A DNA stretch of 63,347 nucleotides, filler included, from Octopus bimaculoides (taxonomy: Eukaryota), in the NCBI RefSeq assembly GCF_001194135.2. It is 7 parts of 7 records of this genome, joined end to end, with 100 filler letters (N's around TTAATTAATTAA, not from the genome) between each part and the next. Parts side by side here need not be neighbours in the genome. Positions count along the whole stretch, not along the records: positions 7,224 to 38,664 come from NC_068986.1; positions 38,765 to 49,038 come from NC_068981.1; 5 more parts are not named here. The stretch is one strand, 5' to 3'. Below are positions 26,731-39,359 of the stretch, in pieces. The position numbers were made by a program, and so were the translations under genes. The notes beneath the pieces were generated by a model that had not been told where the DNA came from, made no database searches, and saw only the letters and a program-made list of their open reading frames with translations. Numbering within the stretch: the first letter of the stretch is position 1; each line of letters starts with the position of its first letter.

Positions 26731-28397
26731 CAATATGTTGGGTTAGAGCACTTTGAAACTGAATGCAGGAGACAGCATGAAGAAACAAGGAGGTGTCATC
26801 ATCAACACACTGTCTCTCTTGTTTAGAGTCACTTCAGTGCCTTCACTGCCACACAGTCTGACTCCGCACTGATGACAATGTGCTGGAGATGGAGAAGGAT
26901 GAATGTCTTGGATCAACACTGTCATCATATTTGATGGGCTGGCTGTCATAAGCAATAAACAGGCTTGTTGAAAATGTGTGCAATGAAAAGCCAATCATGT
27001 TGAGCTTGACCATGCTGTTAATAAAGAGAAGTGATATAAAAAATGGAGGGGTCTTAACACCTGACAAATGATATAATTATAAGCATTGTTTAATTATATA
27101 TATTTATTCAATTACATGCATTGTTACATGTGATGCCATTGTACAAATGATAGAGCACTCACGAATATGATCCTAATAATTAAAGCTTGTCATGCCATTT
27201 TTTTATTTGTTTATCCTTTGGATTAAATAGGTAAATAAAACTTATTTTTTGCAAAGGAAAGCACTTTAGTCTCCCTCCTTCGCTGTCTCCCTCCCCCCTT
27301 AAAAATATTACAGACGAATAATACAGTGACATGCAAAATACAAATTCAAAGTTATTTTAAGAGTTGCTACCCAGATGGAAAAAAATCCTTCATTCCCAGC
27401 CTTCACTTGAATCCCATTGAGAAATTTGGGGGAAATTATATGGTCTGCTTATAGGCATGTACCAATGTATAAAGAAAAAATTGTAAAAATCTTTGTAGAA
27501 AATTCTACAGAATAAACATTTCTATTACAAAATTCAATGAAAACTTCCATTATGAACTTAGAAAAATAAACATATATGTTAAACAAATTTTTAAACAGTA
27601 AAATGCTAAGATACCACAGACTGAATAGTAACTGTCGGACGTATACCCCTCCCCCTGGGGCTGAGTAGTAGCCATTTCAAAAACATCCATCTAGTCTGCC
27701 CCACCCTGTATATATCTTATTCTCATGCATGAAAGCGTAATACTTATGCATACATGAGAAAGAAAGGTGAGAGTAAAAAGATAGAGAACCTGATAGATAT
27801 AGAGAATGGGAAGCAGAAAAATATAAATAGATAGAAAATTGAATCAAACAAGGTAATGTGAAGTGTAAGAAAAGGAGAGAAAACAGACAGGTAAATTAAT
27901 GAAAGATGACAATATGATTGAAGTGATAGAGTCATTGACCTCTGCTATTGTAGCTATCACGGTTGGAGATGTAGGGGAATTGGTAGGTAGTAAAAGGATA
28001 GTGGGGATAATATGGTTGAGTTAAAGGGAAAGCGAGTATAATAATTGTAGAAACATGCTGGCATGTGTTTGAGCATACAATTGTATTCATTTCTTCAATT
28101 AACTTCTGCCCCAAAATAAAATCACTTTAACCTAAAATGCATATCCATGCTTTCTTCATTGTTAAAACGATCCCTACTTAACAAACAATACTAGCAAAAC
28201 ATCTATTTACTGTTTAAAACCTCTCTCGCCAATCTCCAACAATCTCTCCCTCCTCCAGCTGACAGTTTTTTGTACTTTTTCATGACGGAAAATACACTTT
28301 TTGTGGCAGTTATAACGAAATTGTTTCTTATATCAGAGTAATAAGGTATTTCAATAGAACATCTTTACCCCCCGGGAATTACTGGGTACACTAGCTA

Positions 28398-28474
<77 letters not shown>

Positions 28475-28478
<4 letters not shown>

Positions 28479-29715
28479 GATGTTCAGAAAGTTTTATCAG
28501 AATAGAGATAAAAACAAATGTAAATTACATTTATCTGAATAGTTTTAATCAAGAATGTAATCCTTGTCGTTTTCAATGACTGCAGCCCAACAGGAAAGTA
28601 ACTTTTTTATGTCATGTTTAAAGAAACCTATTTCTTTTCCTGAAAAAATTCTGAAAAACTGTTTTCAACTTCCCCTCTCTTTCTAATGTTTTGCCTTTTA
28701 TAAGATGTTCTAATGATTGGAACAGATAGAAATCTGTAGGTATTAAGTCAAGTGAGTATGGTGGATGTGGAAGAACTTTCCAGCCTTACAATCTTATTTT
28801 TTTCTTAGTTTGTTTTGAAGAGTGTGGTCATGCATTGTCATGCTGGGGAATAACATCTTTTCTGTTTACCAAAGTTGGCCGCTTACAACATAAATTTTCA
28901 TTTACACAATCAAGTCGTTGACAATAGACATCTGCATTGATGGTCCTTCCATGTTTCAATAGCTTGTAATGGATAATACCTTTCATGTGCCATCAAACAC
29001 AGAGCATAGATTTTTGTGGATGGAGTTCTTGTTCTGGTGTTGGCATGAGATTCTCATTAAATAACGACCATTGTCTTTTTCATTTTCTGTTGTGATGCAA
29101 AACCCGTTTCTCATCACCTGTAACAATGTGCTGCAGAAATGAAAGATTGTTATTCCTGGTTAGAAGACTACTGCAAATGGTGGCACATTGTGTTTGGTGC
29201 TCAGGCATAATCTCATGTGCAACCCAAGATCCTTCTTTGCATGTTTTCCCAATTTGCTTGAGATGTTTGAGGAGAGTTGAATATGACACATAAAATTTTT
29301 GTGTCAAATCTCTGGTGCTTTGATGTAGAGATGATACGATAATTTCATTCGAAAGGTTGTCTTCCAGAGTGAGGCTTGTCAGATATGTTACAATCGCCAT
29401 CCATAAACCTTTTAAAACACAACTGACATGTACAAGCTTTCACTGCATCCAGATACACTTCACAAATGTTTTTCATTGCTTCTGTAGCGGTACTTTTCTT
29501 TTGAAATTTATACAGTAAGCAATGGCAAATATGTTGTTTCATAAAGTTTTTATCCTCCATGGGGTTAATTACCAAAATAACTATGAAAGACACTGCTGGA
29601 TAGAAGAGATGATGATATTCTATTTCTAGACAGTTCCTGCCCATTCGACCTTGGCTCTGACGTGATTAGTTGATTCATATTTCATAGTGGTGAAAAAATG
29701 CAATTAATTTCAAAG
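28475..29715 (-). mobile_element. Decayed mariner element
   Basis: CHCLLYKFQKKSTATEA...DKPHSGR, WVAHE (WVPHEL-like), IVTGDEKRVLHHN (first catalytic Asp). Confidence 0.9.
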
Positions 29716-30835
29716 CATGCTTCTTAACCACACAGCCATGCCTGCACTTATATGGTGAATATTTCATTTCCCAAATACTTCTTCTTTTGTAAGCTACTTC
29801 ATTGGTGTAGATGATTGGTGCTTGATATGGCAGACATCTAATTATATCTCAATTATATCTTGAAAGTTGTAGAAGCAGTAAGACTCATCACAGAAGAGAG
29901 TTCAGTGATCGTTAGCTTTTGATACATAGTTACATCTTAGCTTTTTCTTTTTTTATATTAATTTATTTTTATATTCATTATTTATTGATTAGAGAAATAT
30001 GAAATACTAAATATGAAGTATGCGATATGGAATATTTGATTGCAATTCCTTTAATTTGTTTGGTGTTCTATTGCAGATCAGTAAAGATGTTTCAAAATTC
30101 TTTGAGACCAAATTTATACAGCTTAACTTCAANNNNNNNNNNNNNNNNNNNNNNNNNNNNNNNNNNNNNNNNNNNNNNNNNNNNNNNNNNNNNNNNNNNN
30201 NNNNNNNNNNNNNNNNNNNNNNNNNNNNNNNNAACCAGATTAAATCTACCACACATGTAGGCCACATCAAGATTTGAACTCAAATCACTAATAGCTGGAA
30301 CAAATACCACAAAGCATTTTGTCATCATCATCATCCTCATCGTTTAATGTCCACTTTCCATGCTAGCAAGGGTTAGATGATTTGACTGAACCAGATGGCT
30401 ACACCAGGCTCCAATCTGATTTGGCAGAGTTTCTACAGCTGGATGCCCTTCCTAATGCCAACCACTCCGAGAGTGTAGTGGGTGCTTTTACGTGCCATCG
30501 GCACGAAGGCCAGTCAGGTGATACTGGCAACGGCCACGCTCAAAGTGGTGTATTTTATGTTTGCTTATTGATCCAAGAAGGAAGAAATGCAAAGTTTATC
30601 TCAGGAGAATTTGAACTCAGAATCCAAAAAACCAAAATAAATACTACAAGTTATTTTGTCTGAACCCTAACAGCTGTACCATATCACTACTTCTATTTAG
30701 AAATAAAGTAAATTAGGGCATTCCCTTAATCCTATATTTTTATTCCATTTGAATATAATTTTAGGAAATGTTTAATAATGTCATGAAATTATTTAGAATG
30801 AAAATCATTAAAAATGATTCTGCTAATTTCCTTAC

Positions 30836-31001
30836 CCTATTCTTGCTTAATGTAGATAAGAAAGTTTCTGGTTCAAATTTTGGTAAAGTGTATATTGAAC
30901 ACCCATTTGTAATAATACTAAACAGTATGCAGACCATTCCGTAGATGTGGTAAAAAGGAAGAATTCCAAGGATTCGATCAGATATATTAAATTCAAGAAT
31001 A
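30836..31001 (-). CDS. Internal exon C of 4CL/luciferase-like acyl-CoA synthetase
   Basis: ttgcag acceptor and GTAAGG donor; 166 nt; the phase-2 join completes the Thr codon; ILEFNISDRILGILPFYHIYGMVCILFSIITNGCSIYTLPKFEPETFLSTLSKNR. LPFYHIYG and LPKFEPETFL are family motifs. Not in the ORF track. Confidence 0.93.
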
Positions 31002-32060
31002 CTGCAATTAAGAGCAAATTTTAATCAATTTATAAACACAGCATAAAAGAAATTTTTGTGTCATCATTAATAACATTTAAGAGAGAAGAAAAAAAAATCC
31101 AAACAAGTAGTTTTGAGGATGGTTTGTAAAGAGAGAGAGAGATGTGGAAGGCATCAAGCAATGCAGATATATAGTTAAATCGGATGTAGTAGTGGAGGTG
31201 GAGGTGGGTTTAACCTACTAATGTAGAAATCATGCTTGAATTTTTTTATAAATTAAAATTATCTTTGTCACTTGTTATAGACAGTCTGAAGATCTGTAGC
31301 TCCTCTCCAAAGTGCAGGCCTGAGCAAGGACTTTTTTTCTTTGTGGAAGACTAGAACTTGCATACCAATCTTCCCACTCCATGCTACTGATGTTATGCAA
31401 GAGACAGGGAAAATCCAATACAGTTTGGCACAAAGAAGCAAGTGGCCAGAACAGATACGACATGGCAATTGGTCTAACAATAACAGTTACCTAAAAGATG
31501 AAAGTCAAAGTTGACCTCAGTATGATTTAGACTCAGAGGCAGAGAAAGTCAGAAAAATACTGTAAAATTCTATCTTAAGCTCTGATGTCTCTTGTTAACA
31601 TTAATGATAATTCTTGTTAAGAAAGGTAAGAGAGACTACTCTGAANNNNNNNNNNNNNNNNNNNNNNNNNNNNNNNNNNNNNNNNNNNNNNNNNNNNNNN
31701 NNNNNNNNNNNNNNNNNNNNNNNNNGATAAGTGGCAATTATAATTAAACAGAACAATTATAATTAAACAGGTGCAAGGAATACAAATACGTTGGGGTTTC
31801 ACAAATGAAATATAATTGAAAAACTTAGTTCAAATGAGATTATGTGAGCAGACAATAACGTTTTCTTTTGGATGTTTAAAATGGAAAATCTATAAACAAT
31901 CTTTAAACAACAAACAGTTTAGCAAAGATAAATTGATAGAATAAATACTAGACTTAGCAAAAATAAGTACTGGGATCGATCTGATCAACTAAACTTTTAA
32001 ATGTGGTGCCCCCTGATGGCTACAGTCCGATTACCGAAACATGTAAAAGAATACACTCAC

Positions 32061-32263
32061 GTAAGTTGTAGAATGTTTGAAATAATATTATGGTGTGTTA
32101 GCATGACCCCTTTAGGTAATCCAGTTGTTCCACTTGAATAAGGTAATACAAGAACATCTTCTTTAGCATTGCCAGAGTAAACTTCTGTTAAGGCAGTTCC
32201 ATCATCTTCTACAAGGGTTGAGAATGGACGACAACCATGTGAATTCCCAAACACAATAATTTC
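32061..32263 (-). CDS. Internal exon B of 4CL/luciferase-like acyl-CoA synthetase, AMP-binding P-loop
   Basis: tttcag acceptor and GTGAGT donor; 203 nt; [67 protein letters not shown](T). Contains the canonical [12 protein letters not shown] motif. Confidence 0.95.
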
Positions 32264-33362
32264 CTGAAAGAAGAATAGGTTCATGAAATAAGACTGAAAG
32301 GTCATGCAAAGTTGTTCAGTAGATCTCTATCAATAGAATTCTGTGCAGAATTTTCTTCTCCATCACTTTTCGACCAAGGTTGTTTTCTAATACCACTCTG
32401 CATGCATTCAGCAAAATTTCACCCAAATTCTTTCTTCCTACCCCAAATCTTGCCACATGTGAAAAAACTAGATCTCTTCACGACAACAAGGTGATTGGTT
32501 TTAAAGCATTCCTTCCATCAGTAACAAACTGTGTACTCCTGCCTGCACCAAACTCTTAAATCTCTCCATCCTTCCCTTCCAACCCTCTTTCTCTCCATCT
32601 CTCTCCCTCCCTCCCAACTCTCTTCCTTTCTCTCCCTCCCTCCCAACTCTCTTCCTTTCTCTCCCTCCCTCTCTCTTTCTTTGAAGACACTACAGCATAT
32701 CCTATTCAGAAAAAAAGCAATACCTCTGACCTTGCTAACTACCAACTTGTTGCCTTCACTTTGAGCATTTCAAAGATGAGTTACTTCACTGATCCTGACA
32801 GCTTATTAACTTACCCTTTCTCTTTTCTAACATCTCAAAGAAAACAGAAACACTTGCTAACTATCATCTCTTTCAAAACTTTATTTTTTCTACCTCTTCA
32901 TGACCAATAGTATGTCTTCAACAGACCTAAGTTTACCAAATACTTTCATTTCCTAGGGGTCCTTTACACTGGAGAAATTTAACAAAAGCAATATCGTTGC
33001 ACTTGATCCCTGCTATGTTTACCTATGGATTGATTAACTATATTGATTAATTACATATACCACACTGTTCCTTCAGTATGTCAATAACTTTCTTGCTGTC
33101 ACTTTTAATAACAAACAATCTTAAGCAGATGATACTACCCTTCACTCTCTCTTAACCTTCCATTCATCCAGGTGTCATCCGTACACAAATTAAACCCAGG
33201 TGTTATCCACACATTGTTTCCATCTACAGAAACATCGACATTGTCCATCAATCAAGACATGACAACTTAGTCGTTTCCAACAACTCAAAGATAAATGGTC
33301 ATCATATGGCGTAAGACATAAATTGATATACATGTGTGTGCAGCTTAATGGTTAGGCCCTAA

Positions 33363-33621
33363 CAATTGGTTCTCAATCATTTTTTGCCTATGGACCCCTT
33401 TGATTCCTATTTTACTCACAGGACCTCCATAGCCATTTACTGAATATATAAAAAAAATCGTACCGTGTTTTATGATTAAATATCATTAGGAATTGTATTT
33501 TAAAAAAATTAAAATATTTTGTGTACTGCAGAATCATAACCAATTCACTGCACATAAATTTTAACAATAAAATCTTATATGGAACCCTAAGGGCCATATG
33601 GACCCTGGTTGAGAACCATTG
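33363..33621. mobile_element. hAT-like MITE
   Basis: Terminal inverted repeats CAAT(T)GGTTCTCAA / TTGAGAACCATTG with internal ggacccc/gggcc motifs; no clean 8-bp TSD seen. Confidence 0.65.
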
Positions 33622-33816
33622 AGGTAGAGTATCAGACACACAATTGTAAGAGTGCAGTTTCAATTCCCAGACCAGGCAATGTATAATGTTTTTAAACAAA
33701 ACTCTTCATTTCACATGACTCCAGTCTTTTGAATCAATAGCTACAAAGAACATCTGCTACCTTTTGTTGTGTCTAAACTCCTGGCAGTTTAGACACACAC
33801 ATATATATATATATTA

Positions 33817-33849
<33 letters not shown>

Positions 33850-33939
33850 GGGAGAATATACAAAAAATAACAACAGACGAGGACAGGTGGTGTAAATAAC
33901 AAAAGTATATATTAGTATGACGCTCGGGAATACGGAAAG

Positions 33940-33976
33940 TCTTTGACGTTTCGAGCTACGCTCTTCAACAGAAAGA
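33940..33976 (-). ncRNA. Penelope-type minimal hammerhead motif, one core substitution
   Basis: UCUUU-CUGUUGA-A-GAGC(GUA)GCUC-GAAAC-GUC^-AAAGA: perfect 5-bp stem I, 4-bp stem II, ACGU palindromic stem III; A6 changed to U. Confidence 0.7.
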
Positions 33977-34040
33977 ATACGGAGACAAGGAGAAAAACAC
34001 GGAGAAAAAAAATTGAATAGTGTTCAGTCAACGGTCAATC

Positions 34041-34072
<32 letters not shown>

Positions 34073-34481
34073 ATATATCTATCCTATATGTACTCTCTGT
34101 GAGTACATATAGGATACTTTGGTATTCTACATAGAAAAAAAAACTGCATCTAATTAAACTGTACACAACAATATGTATGTATGTATGTATGTACGTACAT
34201 ACGTATGCATGCATCTAGTAGTGGAACTCCGGTATGGCCATTCCCAGTGTTTTGAGGAATGTGAAACTACTTCTTAGCCATTATTGTTCCAGGGTCTACT
34301 TTGATCCAGAGTAATAGCATTTGTTAGGGTCCTGTCCTTGAGTTAACTAGCATATGAACCACTGGGAGTGAAGGATCCTTAGCTCTTGTTAGAACTTATT
34401 TCTAGAATACATCATATGTAAATAAATATAAGTTTGTTTTTGAAGCGTTGAAATGTATTGCAGAACAAGAGGAAAGATATA

Positions 34482-34568
34482 ATGTTTTCAACATGTAAAT
34501 ACTGAACAGTATATATAAAGGATTTTATCCTTTATATATACTGTTCAGTATTTATGTGTTGAAAACAT
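34482..34568. repeat. 87-nt near-perfect palindrome (42-bp stem, 3-nt loop)
   Basis: atgttttcaacatgtaaatactgaacagtatatataaaggat-ttt-atcctttatatatactgttcagtatttatgtgttgaaaacat; only two adjacent non-Watson-Crick positions. Confidence 0.95.
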
Positions 34569-34780
34569 ATATCTTTCTACTTATATCTGGAAGGTAAACT
34601 CATATACTTGAAATGCAGTTGGTTTCTGGTCATCTTAACCTCTGTTGTGCCACAAAGTAGATTCAGTGCTGTGCAACATTTTATCCACTCAAAGCAAATT
34701 GACACACAAGAACTTGTTGGATTCTTGGAATACTTGCACGGACAAATGGTCTTACTCAGTTGTGAGTTGACTTCCACAAC

Positions 34781-34814
<34 letters not shown>

Positions 34815-35218
34815 GTGTCTGTTCACTTCTAACAATAGAGAGCAGTCGCCATATTCCATTTCATAATGGCTACTTCTGAAGAGTGCAGGGTTACATAATT
34901 GGACTGTTACCTAACACTCCATTGAACCCCTAAGTGCGAAACTGATTGGTAAGATTGGCCATAATGGATATATAATACTGTACACTTCGATTAATATATA
35001 TATATATATATATANNNNNNNNNNNNNNNNNNNNNNNNNNNNNNNNNNNNNNNNNNNNNNNNNNNNNNNNNNNNNNNNNNNNNNNNNNNNNNNNNNNNNN
35101 NNNNNNNNNNNNNNNNNNNNNNNNNNNNNNNNNNNNNNNNNNNNNNNNNNNNNNNNNNNNNNNNNNNNNNNNNNNNNNNNNNNNNNNNNNNNNNNNNNNN
35201 NNNNNNNNNNNATATATA

Positions 35219-35261
<43 letters not shown>

Positions 35262-36039
35262 TCATAGTCTTCAAATTAATAAATTGGCATAGGAGAGTTG
35301 ACATATACGATCTTTGTAGGCCCTCACAAAGGTCAATGCATTAGGTTGATGTCTGCTGCAAAAATGAACAGAGAGAGAGTTCCAGTGGGTGCAGTTGTGA
35401 GTAGGAGATATTGGAGAAAATAATAATGAGAACAGAGTGAGGCAAAGTGGAGATTAAAGATGAGAAATCAAGCAAATGTAATGAGAGAGAGAGAGAGAGA
35501 AATAGGGAGGGAGAGAGAAATAGGGAGGGAGAGAGAAATAGGGAGGGAGAGAGAAATCTATGGAGGGAAGATTTCATTTCAAGATTTTATTCATCTCTTT
35601 CTTTGGTATGTTAAAGATGAAGCACATCAATTTAACATATTTTTCTTCTGATTATTTAGTCCTAGTACTTTGTAGTTTCAAATGTATGTTCTGGATTAAA
35701 GAACAGCAGCTTGTATCAATTATGGTAGCAGAAGCAATAACAGTAGTTACAGCAATATATATTGTAACAGCTGATATTATTTATGTTGATATGTACAGGA
35801 GCAGTTAACAGTCAGAGTTAACTATTCCTGTACAAAACTAAATAGTTTACAATGCTTGCAAGACTTCAAAGAAGTAGTTAATAATATATTACTAAGATGA
35901 CCTAACCAGTTGTGGGGTATGTTGCTCTAAAAGCATAGTAACCAATATAAGAACAGGGTATGAAAAATTTCTTTTTGACTGAAGAGTCGATTGTATGTTG
36001 TTTGCATACAGTGACTGATGTTGCATATAGGCAAGGAAT

Positions 36040-36430
36040 GCAGAGGGTGTGTAAAGGCTGGAGAGAAATGAAGCCAAGTATGTTTTGTTAGATGTGTAAT
36101 GTTAGGGTGCACAAGTGATATGATGCAGATAAGCTGAGAAATAAATTGAACATAAGATGAATAAAATGAATCAAAGATATGATTGTGCTGGTATGGACAT
36201 GTAATGTATATGGATAATCATAAATGGGTAGAAAAGTACGGGAAGCTCCAAGTGGAAAGTAACTATAGAAGAAAAACCCTAGGAACATATGGGCAGAAGC
36301 AGTGAAAGCTGATCTCAAAGAGTTGAACTTTACAAAGGAGATGACAAGGAATGCAGTAAATGGCAAGATAGGACCCATTCAATCCAAGCAAGCATGGAAA
36401 AATTGATGTAAAAATGATGAGGATGATGTG
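36040..36430 (+). mobile_element. Old RTE LINE 3' remnant
   Basis: Degenerate WYGHV and KPRNIWAEAVKADLKELNFTKEMT, followed by an RTE-like tail ending (gat)n. Confidence 0.65.
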
Positions 36431-37924
36431 ATCTGAAAAAGTCTTCAAAATGCCTTTTCCTAGAGGTGAGCATTTGTGACAACACCAACTTATTTAGGTC
36501 AGCAGTAGTCAGTTGATTTATTAAGGTAATGACACTGTGTAACATGATTTTTATCCTTGGATAACAACTGCTATTTTCTATTTGCTTACTCCAAGAAAGT
36601 ATGAAAAACGGCTAATATTTCCTGCAAACTTTGCTTTTGTTACATTAATTCAAACCCCCAAAGAATCTCTCTCAACACTTGGCTATGATGCTCCCACCAC
36701 TATTCCTGCTCATGATCAGAGATGCACATATTGTCGACCACAAAGGGACATGCTCAAGTGGTTAAGGTCAAGCAACTGACAAGCAAATCTGTGGAATTGA
36801 GCAGAATATTTGCTATAACGATATTTCTACTTCAGTAACTCAGCACTGAATCTGTCTGAAATCTAATGGAAAATGGGTCAGTTTCGAAATATTGATGTCC
36901 AGGTCAAGTTTGAAGGGAATAGTAGTCGTTTCCTTTGATTTCTAGATAGAAGCAAATAGGAAATAACATTTACTGACCAAAGACAAAAATAAAATCAATT
37001 AAAATTTTATTACATAGTGTAATTTATTTCTTTTAGTTTTTTTCTTTTATATTATAATTTGTGAACATGGTGTTATTATGTGTGACAGATTTCCAATTAG
37101 CCAATCACTGGTTCACTATATTTCTCTAAACGAAAAGCAAGAATGATAATGGTGTTTAGAACTTGATACAAATATTACCTTCACAGACTTTGTCTGTAAA
37201 GCACTGTTCATTTCTTTTGTTTTCTCAACAATGTCTTTATCTTACACTGATATACATTAGTGAAAGATACACACATTATATACAACAGGCTTCCACACAG
37301 TTTCTGTCTAGCAAATACTATTCACAAAGCATTGATCAACCCAAAGCTATGGCATTAGATACTTGTTCAATGTTCAGTCTGCACAGTCAGATTGACTAGA
37401 GAGGAAAGACTAAGTATAGTGGTTAGTGCAGGGCCTAGGGGAGTGGGTACAACAAAGAGATGAGAGGAAAAGAGATGAATGGGTCAGGAGTACCTGAGTA
37501 GAGGAAGTTCAAGAGCAGCCAGCTCTGAGGAACAGAGGTCATTATTGTAGCAATAGAGAGGAGATAGCATGCCAGTGGACCAGAGCTGGAGAGTGTCTGT
37601 GAGTGAGTAGAGAGAGGAAGCAGTATAGTTGAGGACCAGGGGTTGGAGTATGTTTTAACAATACATCTATGGCAGCACCAATTTGCTAAGAGTTCGCAAT
37701 GTTTTCCTTCCAGCTTTTCAGTTGTTGTTATCTTTTTTCATCATATAACAAAAATTGGTCTTCTTTCAAAAATGTTAAGTCCTTTATTTCTATCAGCCAC
37801 AGAAATTTAATTTCCTGTGGTCTATCTCACAGATTCATAATACTCTTTTGACATTCTATTCCTTTCTCTTTACAATTATGAAAATGATATGATGTTATCA
37901 ACTAAACTTAAATGATACACGGAC

Positions 37925-38037
37925 CTTCAGTTTAATAGTTTCACTGGTACCCACAGCTTCCTTAACCGTTGATACCAACTCTTCTGTAGTTATTATTGCA
38001 CAGCTCTTAGAATTCTCCAAATGAAACTTCAACTCCT
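37925..38037 (-). CDS. Internal exon A of a 4-coumarate-CoA-ligase/luciferase-like acyl-CoA synthetase (ANL adenylate-forming superfamily)
   Basis: ttgtag acceptor and GTCCGT donor; 113 nt; xELKFHLENSKSCAIITTEELVSTVKEAVGTSETIKLK. Phase-0 end joins exon B in frame. Confidence 0.85.
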
Positions 38038-38764
38038 CTACAAAACAAAGACAAGTTTCTAAATAATTTCTGTAAACAGAACATTTTGGTTTTAAAACAT
38101 TGATATTTGATTCTATATGAATAAAACAACATTCAATTGGAAACTCGTAACAGGTGTGAATAGGTAGAAAATTAGAGAAATTCTTTTGAGCAACTCAAAC
38201 TCTATATTCTCTACCTTTCCTACAGTCTTTGAACATTCCAGTCAATATCCAATATATACAGAATTTAACACTATACTATCTTGAAAAATAATTCTATATA
38301 AACAATAAAAGAACAAAGTTCTATAAGTATAAATATGATATTGTTGGTAATATTATTGCTTAGCCTCAGGTCAACCTCAATCCAACAGGCCTATAATCAA
38401 AGGTGTTCCATCCCATCATTGTGAGACTGTGTGATTTAAGAGAGATCTGGCTATTATTTTTAGCAAATTGAGTGACCATGAAGTGGTTCATACATATATG
38501 TATGATGTGAAATGAGGTAGATTTAGCTGCTTTCTCCAGCACATTCGACAATAATGTCAAGGTTCCCTCTTTAAATTGTATAAACTAGTTGTTTATCATG
38601 GTGTCTCAGTGTCCAATTTCTATGTAACAAAGCTGTCATGGTAATCTCTTACTCATTAAGTAAANNNNNNNNNNNNNNNNNNNNNNNNNNNNNNNNNNNN
38701 NNNNNNNNTTAATTAATTAANNNNNNNNNNNNNNNNNNNNNNNNNNNNNNNNNNNNNNNNNNNN

Positions 38765-39136
38765 CTAATTGATGTATCAATACCAGCAGATGACAACGTT
38801 TCTCTAAAAGAAATGGAAAAACTTTCAAAATACAAAAACCTGGAAATAGAGGTAACTCGAATGTGGAATCTAAAAACAGAAACAATTCCTATCATAGTAG
38901 GTGCATTAGGTATGATAAAAAATATTCAGACAAATACATAACAAAAACACCAGGACTTACAAGTATATATAACATACAGAAAATTGCACTACTGGGCACT
39001 GCACACATCCTACGCAAAACACTTTCAATACAGTAACCATTAGAGCACCACAGCAAACCACAGCACATACCCAAGGCGCAGACAGCTGCGCTTGGTAGTG
39101 AAGTGAAAGCACATTATAAAAATAAGACTATTGAAC

Positions 39137-39209
<73 letters not shown>

Positions 39210-39210
39210 T
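38765..39210 (+). mobile_element. 3' end of R4/Dong-type non-LTR element abutting (TAA)n
   Basis: IDVSIPADDNVSLKEMEKLSKYKNLEIEVTRMWNLKTETIPIIVGALGMI is an RLE (PD-D/ExK) C-terminus; short 3' UTR, then ~24 TAA units. Confidence 0.88.
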
Positions 39211-39258
39211 TGAAAAATACCTTAGGAATGAGAACCCAGTTTCGAAATTTCCCCAAGA

Positions 39259-39300
39259 CACCTGATAAAGGCTGGAGGGTATATCAGCCAAAACGTTGTG
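39259..39300 (+). ncRNA. Degenerate hammerhead motif at the 5' side of a Penelope ORF
   Basis: CAC-CUGAUAA-A-GGCUG(GAGGGUAUAU)CAGCC-AAAAC-GUU^-GUG: all three stems recognisable; G8 and G12 changed to A. Confidence 0.65.
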
Positions 39301-39359
39301 CTAACAACACACAAGATGACGACAAATATCTGTCAAATGCAAATAATGTAAATAATAAC

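Noticed and set aside
38520-38570. Minus-strand GNLDIIVECAGESS, dehydrogenase-like
   Set aside because: 14 residues ending in a stop, with no convincing exon boundaries.
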